Virus record (IMG/VR): IMGVR_UViG_3300032073_000007
Span: 32,001-96,000 of that record
DNA length: 64,000 nucleotides
DNA from: a virus
Strand: one strand, 5' to 3'
Under the pieces are notes generated by a model, which made no database searches, had not been told where the DNA came from, and saw only the letters and a program-made list of their open reading frames with translations. Position 1 is the stretch's first letter; each line of letters opens with the position of its first letter. This document shows positions 40,284-49,445 of the stretch, in pieces. A program made the position numbers and the translations under genes.

Positions 40284-40466
40284 ATGACAATAGAAGTAAC
40301 ACAAAAGGAAGTTTATGGAAACACCCTAACCTATGTGGCAGATGAATCTGTCAGGAATTCCATAAAGAAACTAACGGGAAGAAAAACTTTGACCGACTAC
40401 GACATTGAAGCTCTCAAGGAACTGGGCTTCGTCTTAGTCCTCAAGCAAATGACCGTCAACATCTAG
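40284..40466 (+). CDS. Small conserved-type phage protein
   Basis: KEVYGN...LTGRKTLT..DI.ALKELGF pattern. Confidence 0.7.
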   Translation: MTIEVTQKEVYGNTLTYVADESVRNSIKKLTGRKTLTDYDIEALKELGFVLVLKQMTVNI

Positions 40467-40474
40467 CCCATCTC

Positions 40475-40553
40475 CGTAACTCCTTCATAATGAGGGAGTT
40501 ACGCGCGGCGGCCCGCCCGCTCGGCGTAACTCGTTGATAATCAGTGACTTACG
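40475..40553. repeat. 79-bp double-palindrome element, copy 6 (orientation A)
   Basis: Same architecture; lies where plus- and minus-strand early genes converge. Confidence 0.95.
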
Positions 40554-40567
40554 ACAGATCAATGTAT

Positions 40568-40594
40568 AAAAAAAACCGCACAAACGTGCGGTTC
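40568..40594 (-). terminator. Terminator for the minus-strand genes
   Basis: A tract + AACCGCAC-AAAC-GTGCGGTT. Confidence 0.65.
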
Positions 40595-40635
40595 TGTGGT
40601 ATGCTTATTTGCTTATTAAGGCTTTAACCTATAAC

Positions 40636-41160
40636 CTAAGACTGAATTTTATATGGACTGCTATCAGAATTATTAAGTTCATTTGCTACAACCTGAAGCT
40701 TGCCATATGTTTCTTGCTTTCTGCCTCTCATCCACATACAATCCCAACGCTGTCTTCGAGGTTTGCGGTGGTAGTATCGGTATATTTCTCCTGTGTCTTT
40801 ATTAATCAGTTTCCATTTACCTTTAATGGTTTTTACTGTGCCTCCTTTCTCTTCAGGGGTATAGCATCTCTCAGGTCGTGCGCCCACCTTGATACACATC
40901 CGCTTCCACTCAGCGTCGTGACCATGCCCGCTGCCCGCAAGAGCGTGGGCAATCTCATGGAGAACAACGTCTTTAGATTCTTCTATTGTATTAATCAGAA
41001 CCAGCTTCTTTGTAATACCAATTTCTTTTTTGTAGTATCTGCATTGCCCGTATCTGCTGGTGGCCTTATTGTCCCAGACCATTTTCCAGCCTATTCCTGC
41101 TAAACACCATTCTTCAAGCTTCTCTTGCGCGAACTTCTGTATTTCTATTAGCTTGTTCAT
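40636..41160 (-). CDS. SprT-like zinc metalloprotease
   Basis: RYGQC...VLHEIAHAL..GHGHDAEWK; start uncertain (41160 or 41211). Confidence 0.85.
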   Translation of the reverse strand: MNKLIEIQKFAQEKLEEWCLAGIGWKMVWDNKATSRYGQCRYYKKEIGITKKLVLINTIEESKDVVLHEIAHALAGSGHGHDAEWKRMCIKVGARPERCYTPEEKGGTVKTIKGKWKLINKDTGEIYRYYHRKPRRQRWDCMWMRGRKQETYGKLQVVANELNNSDSSPYKIQS

Positions 41161-41224
41161 TGATTTAAAGTAACTATTATTGTTATTATTACTAGGAATA
41201 TAATCCACCACTGATATAGTGTCA

Positions 41225-41518
41225 TTACTGGTTGATTAGGTGTTCGATGTGCTGCTCGATATACTGCTCGAAATCACCAATATTATTTAGGTGTTTAGCC
41301 CGCTCTTTGGTGGCCTTTTCATACGCCCCGCCAGCCACAGGAGGGTAGTAGTTATTGTCCTGCACATAGTAGTCCCTGCCGTGGAATTCACAAGAACTAA
41401 TAGCTTCCTTTAATTCACTAATAGCAGATAGGATTTTAACATTCCCCTGCAATAACATTTCTTTTGATGTTCCATTAAGGTGAACTGTCGGTAGTGGATA
41501 GTTTACTGTTTCAGTCAT
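41225..41518 (-). CDS. Conserved-type phage hypothetical protein
   Basis: PTVHLNGTS...HGRDYY; TTGACC-17-TATAGT-6-ATG. Confidence 0.7.
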   Translation of the reverse strand: MTETVNYPLPTVHLNGTSKEMLLQGNVKILSAISELKEAISSCEFHGRDYYVQDNNYYPPVAGGAYEKATKERAKHLNNIGDFEQYIEQHIEHLINQ

Positions 41519-42098
41519 GAGCAAACTATACTCCCCACCTACGGTGGGGTCAAGAATAAAAATGAATAAAAATCACTAAAAATTAAGAAAGTAATCACTT
41601 AAAAGATAAAATGCGGTTGCTAAAAAAACTAAATATAAAGTTGCTTCTATTCTGCTCATGTTTATTAAGGTTTTATTCTATAAACTGGGGTTCTTTATTT
41701 GTCGATTAAATGTGCAATTATCGACACGTTTTGTCTATATGTATTCTATATACACATATACTTATTAAGACAAACGAAAATAAACTGGCGATTAAATAAC
41801 AGTAAATTATTATTAATTAGACTGAATCACCGAGAAAGCCCTTTTATTTGGTTGAATTAGGTTAAATTGAGGTGGGCTAGGGGAACCGAAAGAACTTATT
41901 TATTTATTTAGCGCGTAGGCGACTATCCTAAATTTCTTTCTTATTTGTTCTATTGATGCTAAAACCCTTATTTTATCTTGTTTTCTTTTATATTTACCCC
42001 TATGTATTTCTTATATAGATCTATTCTATTTTATTCTTTTAAAGAGTCTTTTAATTAATTATAAATGGAGAAGTAATTTAAATTGATTTTATTGTAAT

Positions 42099-42719
42099 TT
42101 ATAATAACTGAACCCTTTCAAACTGCTTTTCTTCTACTATTCCCAGCTTATCTTTTATTAGCTTAATTAGTATTGATATGGGTCTGCCTCCTGTCTTCTC
42201 TTCTTCATATAGCCATATGTTATTTGCACAGGTTCTACGGTTTGGATTCTCTGGAGTAGGGCAAAGGTCATTAGGTTTAAGCACTCTTGTTTTAAGCTTA
42301 TCAAAATCATGTATATCATTCCACCCAAGAAGTTTTGCTGTAGCTGTTTTTATATTGCCCCGATATAAAACATCATACCACACAACAACAGCATTGTTTC
42401 TTTTGTATTTCTCCTTATGGGATGGTGCTAGAGAATGCCAAGCATTTGCTTTTATCTCAAATATCTGATCTTCTATCTGTATATCACTCCCCTTATTGGT
42501 AAAGTGCCTTGCCTCAAATTTAATTTTATCCTCTGGTATACCTTCTTTAATCAAAAGATTATAAAAACTATATTCCGCAATAGCTCCTCTAATAGCAGAA
42601 GATTGATTGTTGTGTTTATAGGCGTTTCTACCAGTCTGCTGTCGTTTTTTATTTAATTCAACAGCTTTTTTAGCTCCTATTTGTATTTCTTCGGTTTGTT
42701 TATCTGTAAGGGTGTTCAT
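42099..42719 (-). CDS. Putative PD-(D/E)XK nuclease
   Basis: GAIAE ... GSDIQIEDQIFEIKA. Confidence 0.55.
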   Translation of the reverse strand: MNTLTDKQTEEIQIGAKKAVELNKKRQQTGRNAYKHNNQSSAIRGAIAEYSFYNLLIKEGIPEDKIKFEARHFTNKGSDIQIEDQIFEIKANAWHSLAPSHKEKYKRNNAVVVWYDVLYRGNIKTATAKLLGWNDIHDFDKLKTRVLKPNDLCPTPENPNRRTCANNIWLYEEEKTGGRPISILIKLIKDKLGIVEEKQFERVQLL

Positions 42720-43312
42720 AAAAATGATTTCTTTCTCTTTCTTTTAAGCTTTTCTAAAACACGACGAAAAAGGAAGGCTCTAGTAGAGTAGTTGGGACCA
42801 GATTGTCCCCAATGAACGCTTGATTCTTCTAAATTTTTCTTATATTCATCTTCAAAAACCAATTTAAAAGATTGTATTTGGCCATAAGAGAACCCTCCAA
42901 GTTTTTTTACGCAAGCTTTTATTAAATCTTCGTGAAAGCAAGACCCAAAAATTTCTTTATAATCTCTATTAGTCCTAATTTCAAGCCAAGTATTATAATA
43001 AGGAACGCTTGTTTTTTTTATCCAAAGCCACATAGCGTCTTTACAATTTATGTTGGGAGCTTCTTTATGGCAGTGTTTGCATAATAAAACAAGATTACAC
43101 GGTTTGTCTGAGCCTTTTAATGAATGGGGTATGATATGACATCTTTCGATCCTGTTTGTGGTTTTTGACTCGCATAAGTCGGCGCATCTCCAGCATCTAC
43201 GTTCTGGCGAATCTGCCCAATCTATCCCCATATCGCCTTCATAAACTCTCGATTGCCAATAATCTACAATTTCTGAATGAGAAGGTAATCGTCTTTTTGT
43301 TTCCTTTTTCAT
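42716..43312 (-). CDS. HNH endonuclease
   Basis: CWRC...ERCHIIPHSLKGSDKPCNLVLLCKHCH. Confidence 0.85.
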   Translation of the reverse strand: MKKETKRRLPSHSEIVDYWQSRVYEGDMGIDWADSPERRCWRCADLCESKTTNRIERCHIIPHSLKGSDKPCNLVLLCKHCHKEAPNINCKDAMWLWIKKTSVPYYNTWLEIRTNRDYKEIFGSCFHEDLIKACVKKLGGFSYGQIQSFKLVFEDEYKKNLEESSVHWGQSGPNYSTRAFLFRRVLEKLKRKRKKSFL

Positions 43313-43324
43313 TACTTAATTGTT

Positions 43325-43400
43325 TGGTAGCGGGAGTGGGATTCGAACCCACACTTTAGCGATTTTAAGTCGCTTGCCTCTGCCGTTGGGCTACCCCGCC
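43325..43400 (-). tRNA. tRNA-Leu(TAA) with a short variable loop
   Basis: GGCGGGGTAGCCCAACGGCAGAGGCAAGCGACTTAAAATCGCTAAAGTGTGGGTTCGAATCCCACTCCCGCTACCA. Confidence 0.9.
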
Positions 43401-43405
43401 AAAGG

Positions 43406-43489
43406 TTACCTTGATGCCGATTTGAAAAATAACAAAATCAAAGCGACAACAAATAACCAGAGTATAAATCCTATAGCATATGGTGTCAT
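43406..43489 (-). CDS. Tiny single-helix membrane peptide
   Basis: MTPYAIGFILWLFVVALILLFFKSASR, ATGA-coupled to the upstream gene; not in the ORF track. Confidence 0.45.
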   Translation of the reverse strand: MTPYAIGFILWLFVVALILLFFKSASR

Positions 43490-43878
43490 TGTTCTATGAT
43501 TTTTTCTCCAGTGTATCGAGATAATTGAGTAGAGGATATCTCATATTCATTACTTGCCCCTCTTGCTACTGATCTGAACGTCATGTAGTCCTCTGGTAAA
43601 GCATGTATGTATAACCCCTTCTGTTCATTATAATACCCATTCTTCTCTTCAAGCAATTGAAGCATCTTTTCTAACTGGAATTTAGTTAATTTTACCCGAA
43701 CATCAAATCTTTTGTATTTAGTAGGTTGTTTATCTACTGAAATAGATTCTTCGGGTAAGTTAAATATCTCTGTTACCTCAGATTCTTCCTCAATGAAGTG
43801 AGTAGCGACCAAGAATGCCAAGGCAAAGGTGACCGCAAATGATACTATTCCAATTTCAAGCCTTCTGTCTTTCTTCAT
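43486..43878 (-). CDS. Membrane-anchored hypothetical protein
   Basis: N-terminal hydrophobic helix. Confidence 0.65.
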   Translation of the reverse strand: MKKDRRLEIGIVSFAVTFALAFLVATHFIEEESEVTEIFNLPEESISVDKQPTKYKRFDVRVKLTKFQLEKMLQLLEEKNGYYNEQKGLYIHALPEDYMTFRSVARGASNEYEISSTQLSRYTGEKIIEQ

Positions 43879-44014
43879 TTAACTGTTTAATCTCAAATGC
43901 TCTTATATCTCCGTCATTGATATCTATCCACTCCTTTAGTATGTTGCAAGCTTCTTCGTATGTTTCAGCCTCTATATGGTCTAAAAATGTAATTTCAAAT
44001 GTTTTTTTGCTCAT
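43856..44014 (-). CDS. Small hypothetical protein
   Basis: 52-aa ORF (MSKKTFEITF...) filling the operon gap. Confidence 0.5.
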   Translation of the reverse strand: MSKKTFEITFLDHIEAETYEEACNILKEWIDINDGDIRAFEIKQLNEERQKA

Positions 44015-44018
44015 CTTG

Positions 44019-44255
44019 TTATCGGATTTCTTCTGAATGTATGTTAAAATATCTTTTTAAAGCTTCGATCTTATCGTCAGCCGAAGCTAATGCTTCCAAA
44101 GCTTCGTTTGCGTTGTTGTAAAAATCACTGGTTGAATGATCTCCAATCCCCGCTGGATGGTTTGAAAGCAAATCAAGTGTTAGAAATGCTTTATTTTTTT
44201 CTGCCTCTGCTTGTGATAGTAGCATATCATACAGAGGTAATTTCATCTGTCTCAT
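44019..44255 (-). CDS. Small conserved-type phage protein
   Basis: LLSNHPAGIGDHS motif; likely start ATG 44255. Confidence 0.6.
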   Translation of the reverse strand: MRQMKLPLYDMLLSQAEAEKNKAFLTLDLLSNHPAGIGDHSTSDFYNNANEALEALASADDKIEALKRYFNIHSEEIR

Positions 44256-44263
44256 TTTTTCTT

Positions 44264-44737
44264 CTATTTTGTTGTTTCTTTGAACCATGCAGGTGTTTTT
44301 CTTGTTTTCCAAGTAGCGAATCCTGCTTTCTCGCCATTGTAGTAAGCTCGATATGCTGTAACAGCACAATCGTTTTTGTATTCTTCTGGCATTGCTTGAG
44401 CAAATGGTGTCAGACCAGTGCGCGGAAGAGATAGCTTGTGATAGTTTTTACCACACCACTCGATAGTGTCAAGAGACTTATGAACTTTACCATAACGTCT
44501 GGTATATTCCTGACACATAGCATAGGCGTGATCGAGAAGCCACTCATAGTTTTGCTCTGTCTCTCTAGCCCATATGGTGCATGGGTGATTGTAAAAAGCT
44601 CTTTTGTATGGTGCGGTTCCCTTGTCATAGACTGCACAAAGCATTTGTGCTGATTCTAAAATCATCTTGACAACGTGCTTGTCACACAACTGTTGAGCGG
44701 ATACTTTTGGGTCTCGATCTACTGCAAATATATTCAT
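44264..44737 (-). CDS. Pyrimidine-dimer DNA glycosylase family (DenV-like)
   Basis: MNIF...CDKHVVKMILESAQML...NHPCTIWAR...EYTRRYGKVH...QAMP. Confidence 0.8.
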   Translation of the reverse strand: MNIFAVDRDPKVSAQQLCDKHVVKMILESAQMLCAVYDKGTAPYKRAFYNHPCTIWARETEQNYEWLLDHAYAMCQEYTRRYGKVHKSLDTIEWCGKNYHKLSLPRTGLTPFAQAMPEEYKNDCAVTAYRAYYNGEKAGFATWKTRKTPAWFKETTK

Positions 44738-44779
44738 AAAGGCAATTTAAATTAATTTTAATTCAGGGTCAAGGACAAA

Positions 44780-44926
44780 TTACCAGTTTTTTATAATGTT
44801 TGCGATAATAAACAAATTACAAACAATAGCTTGGAGAATAATTAAGGTTCGAATTAAAGCCACACAATCAGCTTCATTATCTTTTCCTTGTTTCTCTCCT
44901 AGTGCTTTTGCCCATAATCTCCACAT
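44780..44926 (-). CDS. Small membrane protein
   Basis: MWRLWAKALGEK...ALIRT; 48 aa, not in the ORF track. Confidence 0.6.
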   Translation of the reverse strand: MWRLWAKALGEKQGKDNEADCVALIRTLIILQAIVCNLFIIANIIKNW

Positions 44927-45129
44927 TACTTCTTTGGGTGAACTAATTTTTGATCACCGTCTTCGTATACTTCGTATACTTTGCCATTAGAATGTTCTGC
45001 ATTCATAATAGCCATAACGATGGCAGGAGTTGAATGAGATAATGGAGGGCCAGAAAGCTTTGTGGAATATCCTCCCATCCAACGATTCTTATTGTCAAAT
45101 ACAACGTAACTAGTTACTTTTTTCTTCAT
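44926..45129 (-). CDS. Hypothetical protein
   Basis: ORF coupled to its neighbours. Confidence 0.6.
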   Translation of the reverse strand: MKKKVTSYVVFDNKNRWMGGYSTKLSGPPLSHSTPAIVMAIMNAEHSNGKVYEVYEDGDQKLVHPKK

Positions 45130-45304
45130 TTGTGAAAAGTTTATAAACTTCTTTTATTTCTGCTTCTCCCTCTGCTCCTCCAAGATCAACGTCACCATTC
45201 TCATTGCTTACAAGAATAGTCATATCACCTGTTTCTTCATCAACTTCTGCTTTGATTCTCCATCCATTTAGGAGAACAAAATTAATCCATTTATCTTCTA
45301 TCAT
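45110..45304 (-). CDS. Hypothetical protein
   Basis: ORF coupled to its neighbours. Confidence 0.6.
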   Translation of the reverse strand: MIEDKWINFVLLNGWRIKAEVDEETGDMTILVSNENGDVDLGGAEGEAEIKEVYKLFTNEEKSN

Positions 45305-45522
45305 TATTCAGTGATTTTAAATTCTACTGCTCCTGCCTCTGCTGTTGGCTTAACAGAAGCATTGATTTGATTAGCTTCCTGCTCGACAATCAGGATGTTC
45401 ATTTTCTCTAGCCATACCCTGCTGACAGGGATGTGCTGCTTTGAGCCAAAGTATTCGTTCAGTGTCTCCATGTCAATGTTGACAAACGACTTTGCTCCTT
45501 TTGGTCTTCCTCTTGTAGCCAT
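45304..45522 (-). CDS. Small protein with an AT-hook-like N-terminus
   Basis: MATRGRPKGAK. Confidence 0.65.
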   Translation of the reverse strand: MATRGRPKGAKSFVNIDMETLNEYFGSKQHIPVSRVWLEKMNILIVEQEANQINASVKPTAEAGAVEFKITE

Positions 45523-45536
45523 ATCTTTTTGTTTTT

Positions 45537-45701
45537 TTAGTTTGATAGATTTAGTATTGCAGACTCTTCTGCACTTGTTGCAGTCAAAAAGAGATCATCT
45601 TCCATCTCTCCTGCTTCGATAAGTATGTTAGTAAGAGCATCCAGTATATCCCCTGCTTCAGAGGAGAAACTGTCGCCATCAATATCTAATGTGATCTTCA
45701 T
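45537..45701 (-). CDS. Small acidic protein
   Basis: 54 aa; TTGACC-16-TATACT-6-ATG; not in the ORF track. Confidence 0.6.
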   Translation of the reverse strand: MKITLDIDGDSFSSEAGDILDALTNILIEAGEMEDDLFLTATSAEESAILNLSN

Positions 45702-45755
45702 GGTTTTAGTATACAGTAATTTGAATTTGGGTCAAGAGTTTTTTTGAATAAAAAT

Positions 45756-46064
45756 TCATTTTTTATAGAATGCTCTATATTGTTCTTTTATAAATGGTCC
45801 CATGATATTCTCATATGCTCTGACCAGTGCTTCTTCTAGCTCCTCTTGGACATCCTCTAGGATGTAGCCTAGACCAGAGAGAGAAAGCATGGCATGGAAG
45901 CCTTCATGAATAATTGTATCTAATAAAACTTCATCTTTTATTTTATTAGACACATAGATTTTCTTACCATCAGAATCTAACTCTCCATAATCTTTCATTT
46001 GTTTGTAAACTATGGTGAACTGGTGACCTGCTATAGTCACCTCTTTTGGTTTGTATGCTTTCAT
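45756..46064 (-). CDS. Small HExxH metallopeptidase-like protein
   Basis: DTIIHEGFHAM...EEALV. Confidence 0.65.
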   Translation of the reverse strand: MKAYKPKEVTIAGHQFTIVYKQMKDYGELDSDGKKIYVSNKIKDEVLLDTIIHEGFHAMLSLSGLGYILEDVQEELEEALVRAYENIMGPFIKEQYRAFYKK

Positions 46065-46072
46065 GTTAAATA

Positions 46073-47011
46073 CTATGCGATCTCTCTCGCAAGGTCTAAA
46101 CCTTTTTTAGTTAATTCTCGTTTAGTGTCAATCTTTAAAAGGCGTTTCTTGATCAGCATGGTCTCGTAGTCCTTCTGGATTGCTCCTCTCTGGAAGCCTG
46201 TAACGGAGGCAAGACCATTCAAGGTCATGGCTCCCCGCTCTCCCAGCGCCTTCACTATAGCCATCTCTGATGCAGTCAAGCCAAATTTCTTGACTCCCAT
46301 TGTGTCGGAAAACTCTTCCCAGATTTTTTTGGTTACCTTTTTGACGTTTCTGGCAGAAACGTAGATTTTTAAATCTTCCGCTTTGACAACGGCATCTCTT
46401 GGGTTTCCCCTAAAAGATGAAACGATATCTTCTTTTGCGGAATCATCAATATCGGCACTCCACTCTAAATTGTCGTGGAAGATATCATAGAGTTCTTTAT
46501 TTTTATATTCTTCAAATGCAATATCTCTAAGGCGATCTCTAAGAGGCTCTGCCAACTTCTGCTGATCGGTAGTCGCCATGCAGAAAGTCAGTTTAGTAAA
46601 ATCAAAATCATAAGGGATTCCCTCATGCTCGACTGTTCTCTTAGGATTCTTGTCTACATTAAGAACAGAAAGAAAAATTTGCTGAAGGTCATTAGGAAGA
46701 TTGTGTCCTTCGTCAATAAAAAGAAACGCATTGTGCTGAATCCAAACTGGGTAAATCTGCTCGAAAAAGCTCCCTGCATTTTTTATGGTTTTACCATTGA
46801 CTTCTAGCATCGGTGGTTTAGCTCCATCACTCCTCCGAAGCGCCTCTCTGAACTTTCGAGCGAAAAATGTTTTTCCCCCTCCTTTGCCAGTAGTAAGATT
46901 AATAAATGGCAAGCGGTCAGTTTTCTTGTAAGCATCAATGTAGATACTCAAGGTCTTCTTGACTGACTCTTGCCCGATTGCGTCATCGAATATGCTGTTT
47001 ATCGTTGGCAT
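46073..47011 (-). CDS. ruvB: RuvB-like Holliday junction branch-migration ATPase
   Basis: FDDAIGQE, GKGGGKT, LFIDEGH, ATTD..KL..PLRDR, RGNPRDA and a C-terminal winged helix ending RELT..G. Confidence 0.8.
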   Translation of the reverse strand: MPTINSIFDDAIGQESVKKTLSIYIDAYKKTDRLPFINLTTGKGGGKTFFARKFREALRRSDGAKPPMLEVNGKTIKNAGSFFEQIYPVWIQHNAFLFIDEGHNLPNDLQQIFLSVLNVDKNPKRTVEHEGIPYDFDFTKLTFCMATTDQQKLAEPLRDRLRDIAFEEYKNKELYDIFHDNLEWSADIDDSAKEDIVSSFRGNPRDAVVKAEDLKIYVSARNVKKVTKKIWEEFSDTMGVKKFGLTASEMAIVKALGERGAMTLNGLASVTGFQRGAIQKDYETMLIKKRLLKIDTKRELTKKGLDLAREIA

Positions 47012-47107
47012 GTGAGGAAATTACCACAAATATGAACCCGTGCAAGCATTTTTTATGAAAAAAAATAACCCCTTGACGCATAGGGTTTTCTGGCTATAAT
47101 AGAGTGC

Positions 47108-47344
47108 ATGAGTAAATACCAACATTTTGCAGGGAGATTCATAATTTTAATTGCTTCAATATTAGTCGGGATACCACTCGGGATTGTCATTGGCCTGATT
47201 TACTTCTTAAGAATATCTTTGACCTACCCAATTACCATGTATAATTTAGCTGTTGACAAATGGGAGCATAAAGTAAGAATACAGCAAGCAGATATCTGGG
47301 CTAGACATCTGGAAAGAATGGAAAGAAACAAAAACTTAAACTAA
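47108..47344 (+). CDS. Small membrane protein
   Basis: Hydrophobic segment; TTGACG...TATAAT-7-ATG. Confidence 0.65.
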   Translation: MSKYQHFAGRFIILIASILVGIPLGIVIGLIYFLRISLTYPITMYNLAVDKWEHKVRIQQADIWARHLERMERNKNLN

Positions 47345-47682
47345 TGAAAAACTTTGGAGAATTAAGTAGCAGTGTCCTAATTTGGGCAAATGAAAGAGGG
47401 ATTTTTGATAACTACTTCACGGATAAATCCCTCGCCAACTGGGAGCATAGAGCTTTAGCTCAATTAGATAAAACTCAAGAAGAACTAAACGAGACAATCG
47501 AAGCTGTAAAACGAAAAGACGAAGCGGAGATTAGAGATGGTATAGGAGATATGCTAGTCACTATTATAATCGCATCAAAAATGCTTGGCGAAGATCCAGA
47601 AAGATGTTTGGAGCTAGCTTATAATGAAATAAAAAATAGAACAGGCAAAATGGTTGATGGAAAATTTGTTAAAGACCAATAA
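47344..47682 (+). CDS. MazG-like nucleotide pyrophosphatase
   Basis: WANERG...QLDKTQEELNE...IRDGIGDMLVTII...CLELAYNEIKNRTG. Confidence 0.85.
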   Translation: MKNFGELSSSVLIWANERGIFDNYFTDKSLANWEHRALAQLDKTQEELNETIEAVKRKDEAEIRDGIGDMLVTIIIASKMLGEDPERCLELAYNEIKNRTGKMVDGKFVKDQ

Positions 47683-47704
47683 AACATAATAAAAAATAAT
47701 AAAA

Positions 47705-48079
47705 ATGAATACTGAACAGTTATTAAATCTACATGATGAAACTTGCGGTAAGTGCAAGGAGATAATGAAACAAAAAAATAGCGATTATACTGGAGGAAAA
47801 AATGCCACTGACGTATTCGCTAATTTTAATTCTTCTATTATCCTAGATATTCACCCAGTCCAAGGTCTTTTACTGCGGTTAATCGACAAAATTCAAAGAA
47901 TCCGTTCTTTTACTAATGATAAACAATTACAAGTTTCAAATGAGTCGGTTGAAGACGCTTGTGAGGATATTGTAAATTATGCGATTCTAGCAAAAGCAAT
48001 GTTAATCGAAGAAAGAAAAAAGATCGAACAGAATTTAGAGAACAAAAAGAAAGAAAAAAGTTATTCATTTGTTGACTAA
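47705..48079 (+). CDS. DUF1599/nucleotide-modification-associated helical protein
   Basis: KNSDY...NF...RLIDKIQR...ESVEDACEDIVNYAIL. Confidence 0.7.
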   Translation: MNTEQLLNLHDETCGKCKEIMKQKNSDYTGGKNATDVFANFNSSIILDIHPVQGLLLRLIDKIQRIRSFTNDKQLQVSNESVEDACEDIVNYAILAKAMLIEERKKIEQNLENKKKEKSYSFVD

Positions 48080-48157
48080 CCTATTATTTGGCATTCTTTT
48101 GTTCATCCTAGCCTCTTTATATATTTGGCTCTTTTGTGTTCATCCTAGGTTAAATTT

Positions 48158-48958
48158 ATGATTAAAATCATCACAACCTGTTATAATTGTGAAAACTTTA
48201 TAGAAGAGTGTATTTTTAGTGTCTTACTCCAAGAATATGATGACTGGGAGATGTATATCTTTGATGACGCTAGCACTGACAATTCTGTAAAGGTGGCAGA
48301 AAATATAATTAATGGCGATTCTAGAATAAAAATTATTAAAAATTCAAAGAATATGGGTGCGGTATACAACAAAACATTTAGTTTTGTTAAGCATTGTTCT
48401 CCAGAGGATGAAGATATTATAGTTACTCTTGATGGGGATGATTTTTTAATTCATAAACAAGCACTTAGTTATTTGAATAGTCTTTACCTAAATGGTTGGT
48501 GGATGACTTATGGAGGAGCTTCTCACAGCAATTATGTAAGATTTGCAGATGATTTTTATACAGAAGTTGATTGGTCGAGATCTTTAAGAAATCAAAACTT
48601 CTGTCTGGGCCATCTTAGATCACATAAATTCTTTTTAATGAAGAATATTAAAGATGTAGATCTAAGATATAAGAATGGCACTCTATTTAAGGTTCCAGAA
48701 GATGTTATTTTGTTTATTCCAATGGCAGAGATGTGTGGAAAAAAGAAAGCTCATCACTTTAGACAATCTCTTTATTTCTATCGTTGGCATGATAATTGTG
48801 ATGGGTTAATACCAGAAATAGACTCTCACAGAAATGATATCATGAAACTTGATTTAAGTTTTAGAAAACCATACCCGCAAAAAACAAAAGAAGAATTAAT
48901 TAATTGGAAATGTGATTGGACTTATAAACTTAAAAACGAAAACTATTTATCTAAATGA
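48158..48958 (+). CDS. GT2-family glycosyltransferase
   Basis: IITTCYN, FDDASTD, TLDGDD, LYFYR. Confidence 0.85.
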   Translation: MIKIITTCYNCENFIEECIFSVLLQEYDDWEMYIFDDASTDNSVKVAENIINGDSRIKIIKNSKNMGAVYNKTFSFVKHCSPEDEDIIVTLDGDDFLIHKQALSYLNSLYLNGWWMTYGGASHSNYVRFADDFYTEVDWSRSLRNQNFCLGHLRSHKFFLMKNIKDVDLRYKNGTLFKVPEDVILFIPMAEMCGKKKAHHFRQSLYFYRWHDNCDGLIPEIDSHRNDIMKLDLSFRKPYPQKTKEELINWKCDWTYKLKNENYLSK

Positions 48959-49116
48959 ACCCCGACCTAATAACTAAATATGTTCCTCTTATTGCAGGAA
49001 TCATGTATGCCATTGTTGCTATAGCTTATTTTATGAAACGTGACGTTGGATGGGCTATTATTTGGCTATCTTACGCTACAGCTAACTTTGGATTAATGGT
49101 AGTAGGAAACCAATGA
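48955..49116 (+). CDS. Small two-helix membrane protein
   Basis: 53 aa (MNPDLITKYVPLIAGIMY...), ATGA-coupled on both sides. Confidence 0.6.
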   Translation: MNPDLITKYVPLIAGIMYAIVAIAYFMKRDVGWAIIWLSYATANFGLMVVGNQ

Positions 49117-49442
49117 AATATAACATTAAGGATATCAAAGGAGAGGTTGTTAAAAACAACGATACTTATTTGCTTAAAGATAATAAGATGTTAAATAATC
49201 TTATACTAAGTAGCACTCGATTAAAACCCAAAAAAGAAACAAGAGGTCATAGCCATGAAGGAAAGGAAGAAATCTATTACTTTGTTGAGGGAAAGGGTAT
49301 TATGATGCTTGGAGACGAGACCCTTCACGTTAAAGAAGGAGATGTCGTATTAATTCCTGACGGCGTATTTCATAAAGTAGATAACCCAACAAACAAAGAC
49401 TTATATTTCGTCTGTGTATTTGATGGGAGTAGAGATCACTAA
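49113..49442 (+). CDS. Cupin domain protein
   Basis: GHSHEGKEEIYYFVEGKG...GDVVLIPDGVFHKV. Confidence 0.9.
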   Translation: MKYNIKDIKGEVVKNNDTYLLKDNKMLNNLILSSTRLKPKKETRGHSHEGKEEIYYFVEGKGIMMLGDETLHVKEGDVVLIPDGVFHKVDNPTNKDLYFVCVFDGSRDH

Positions 49443-49445
49443 AAT

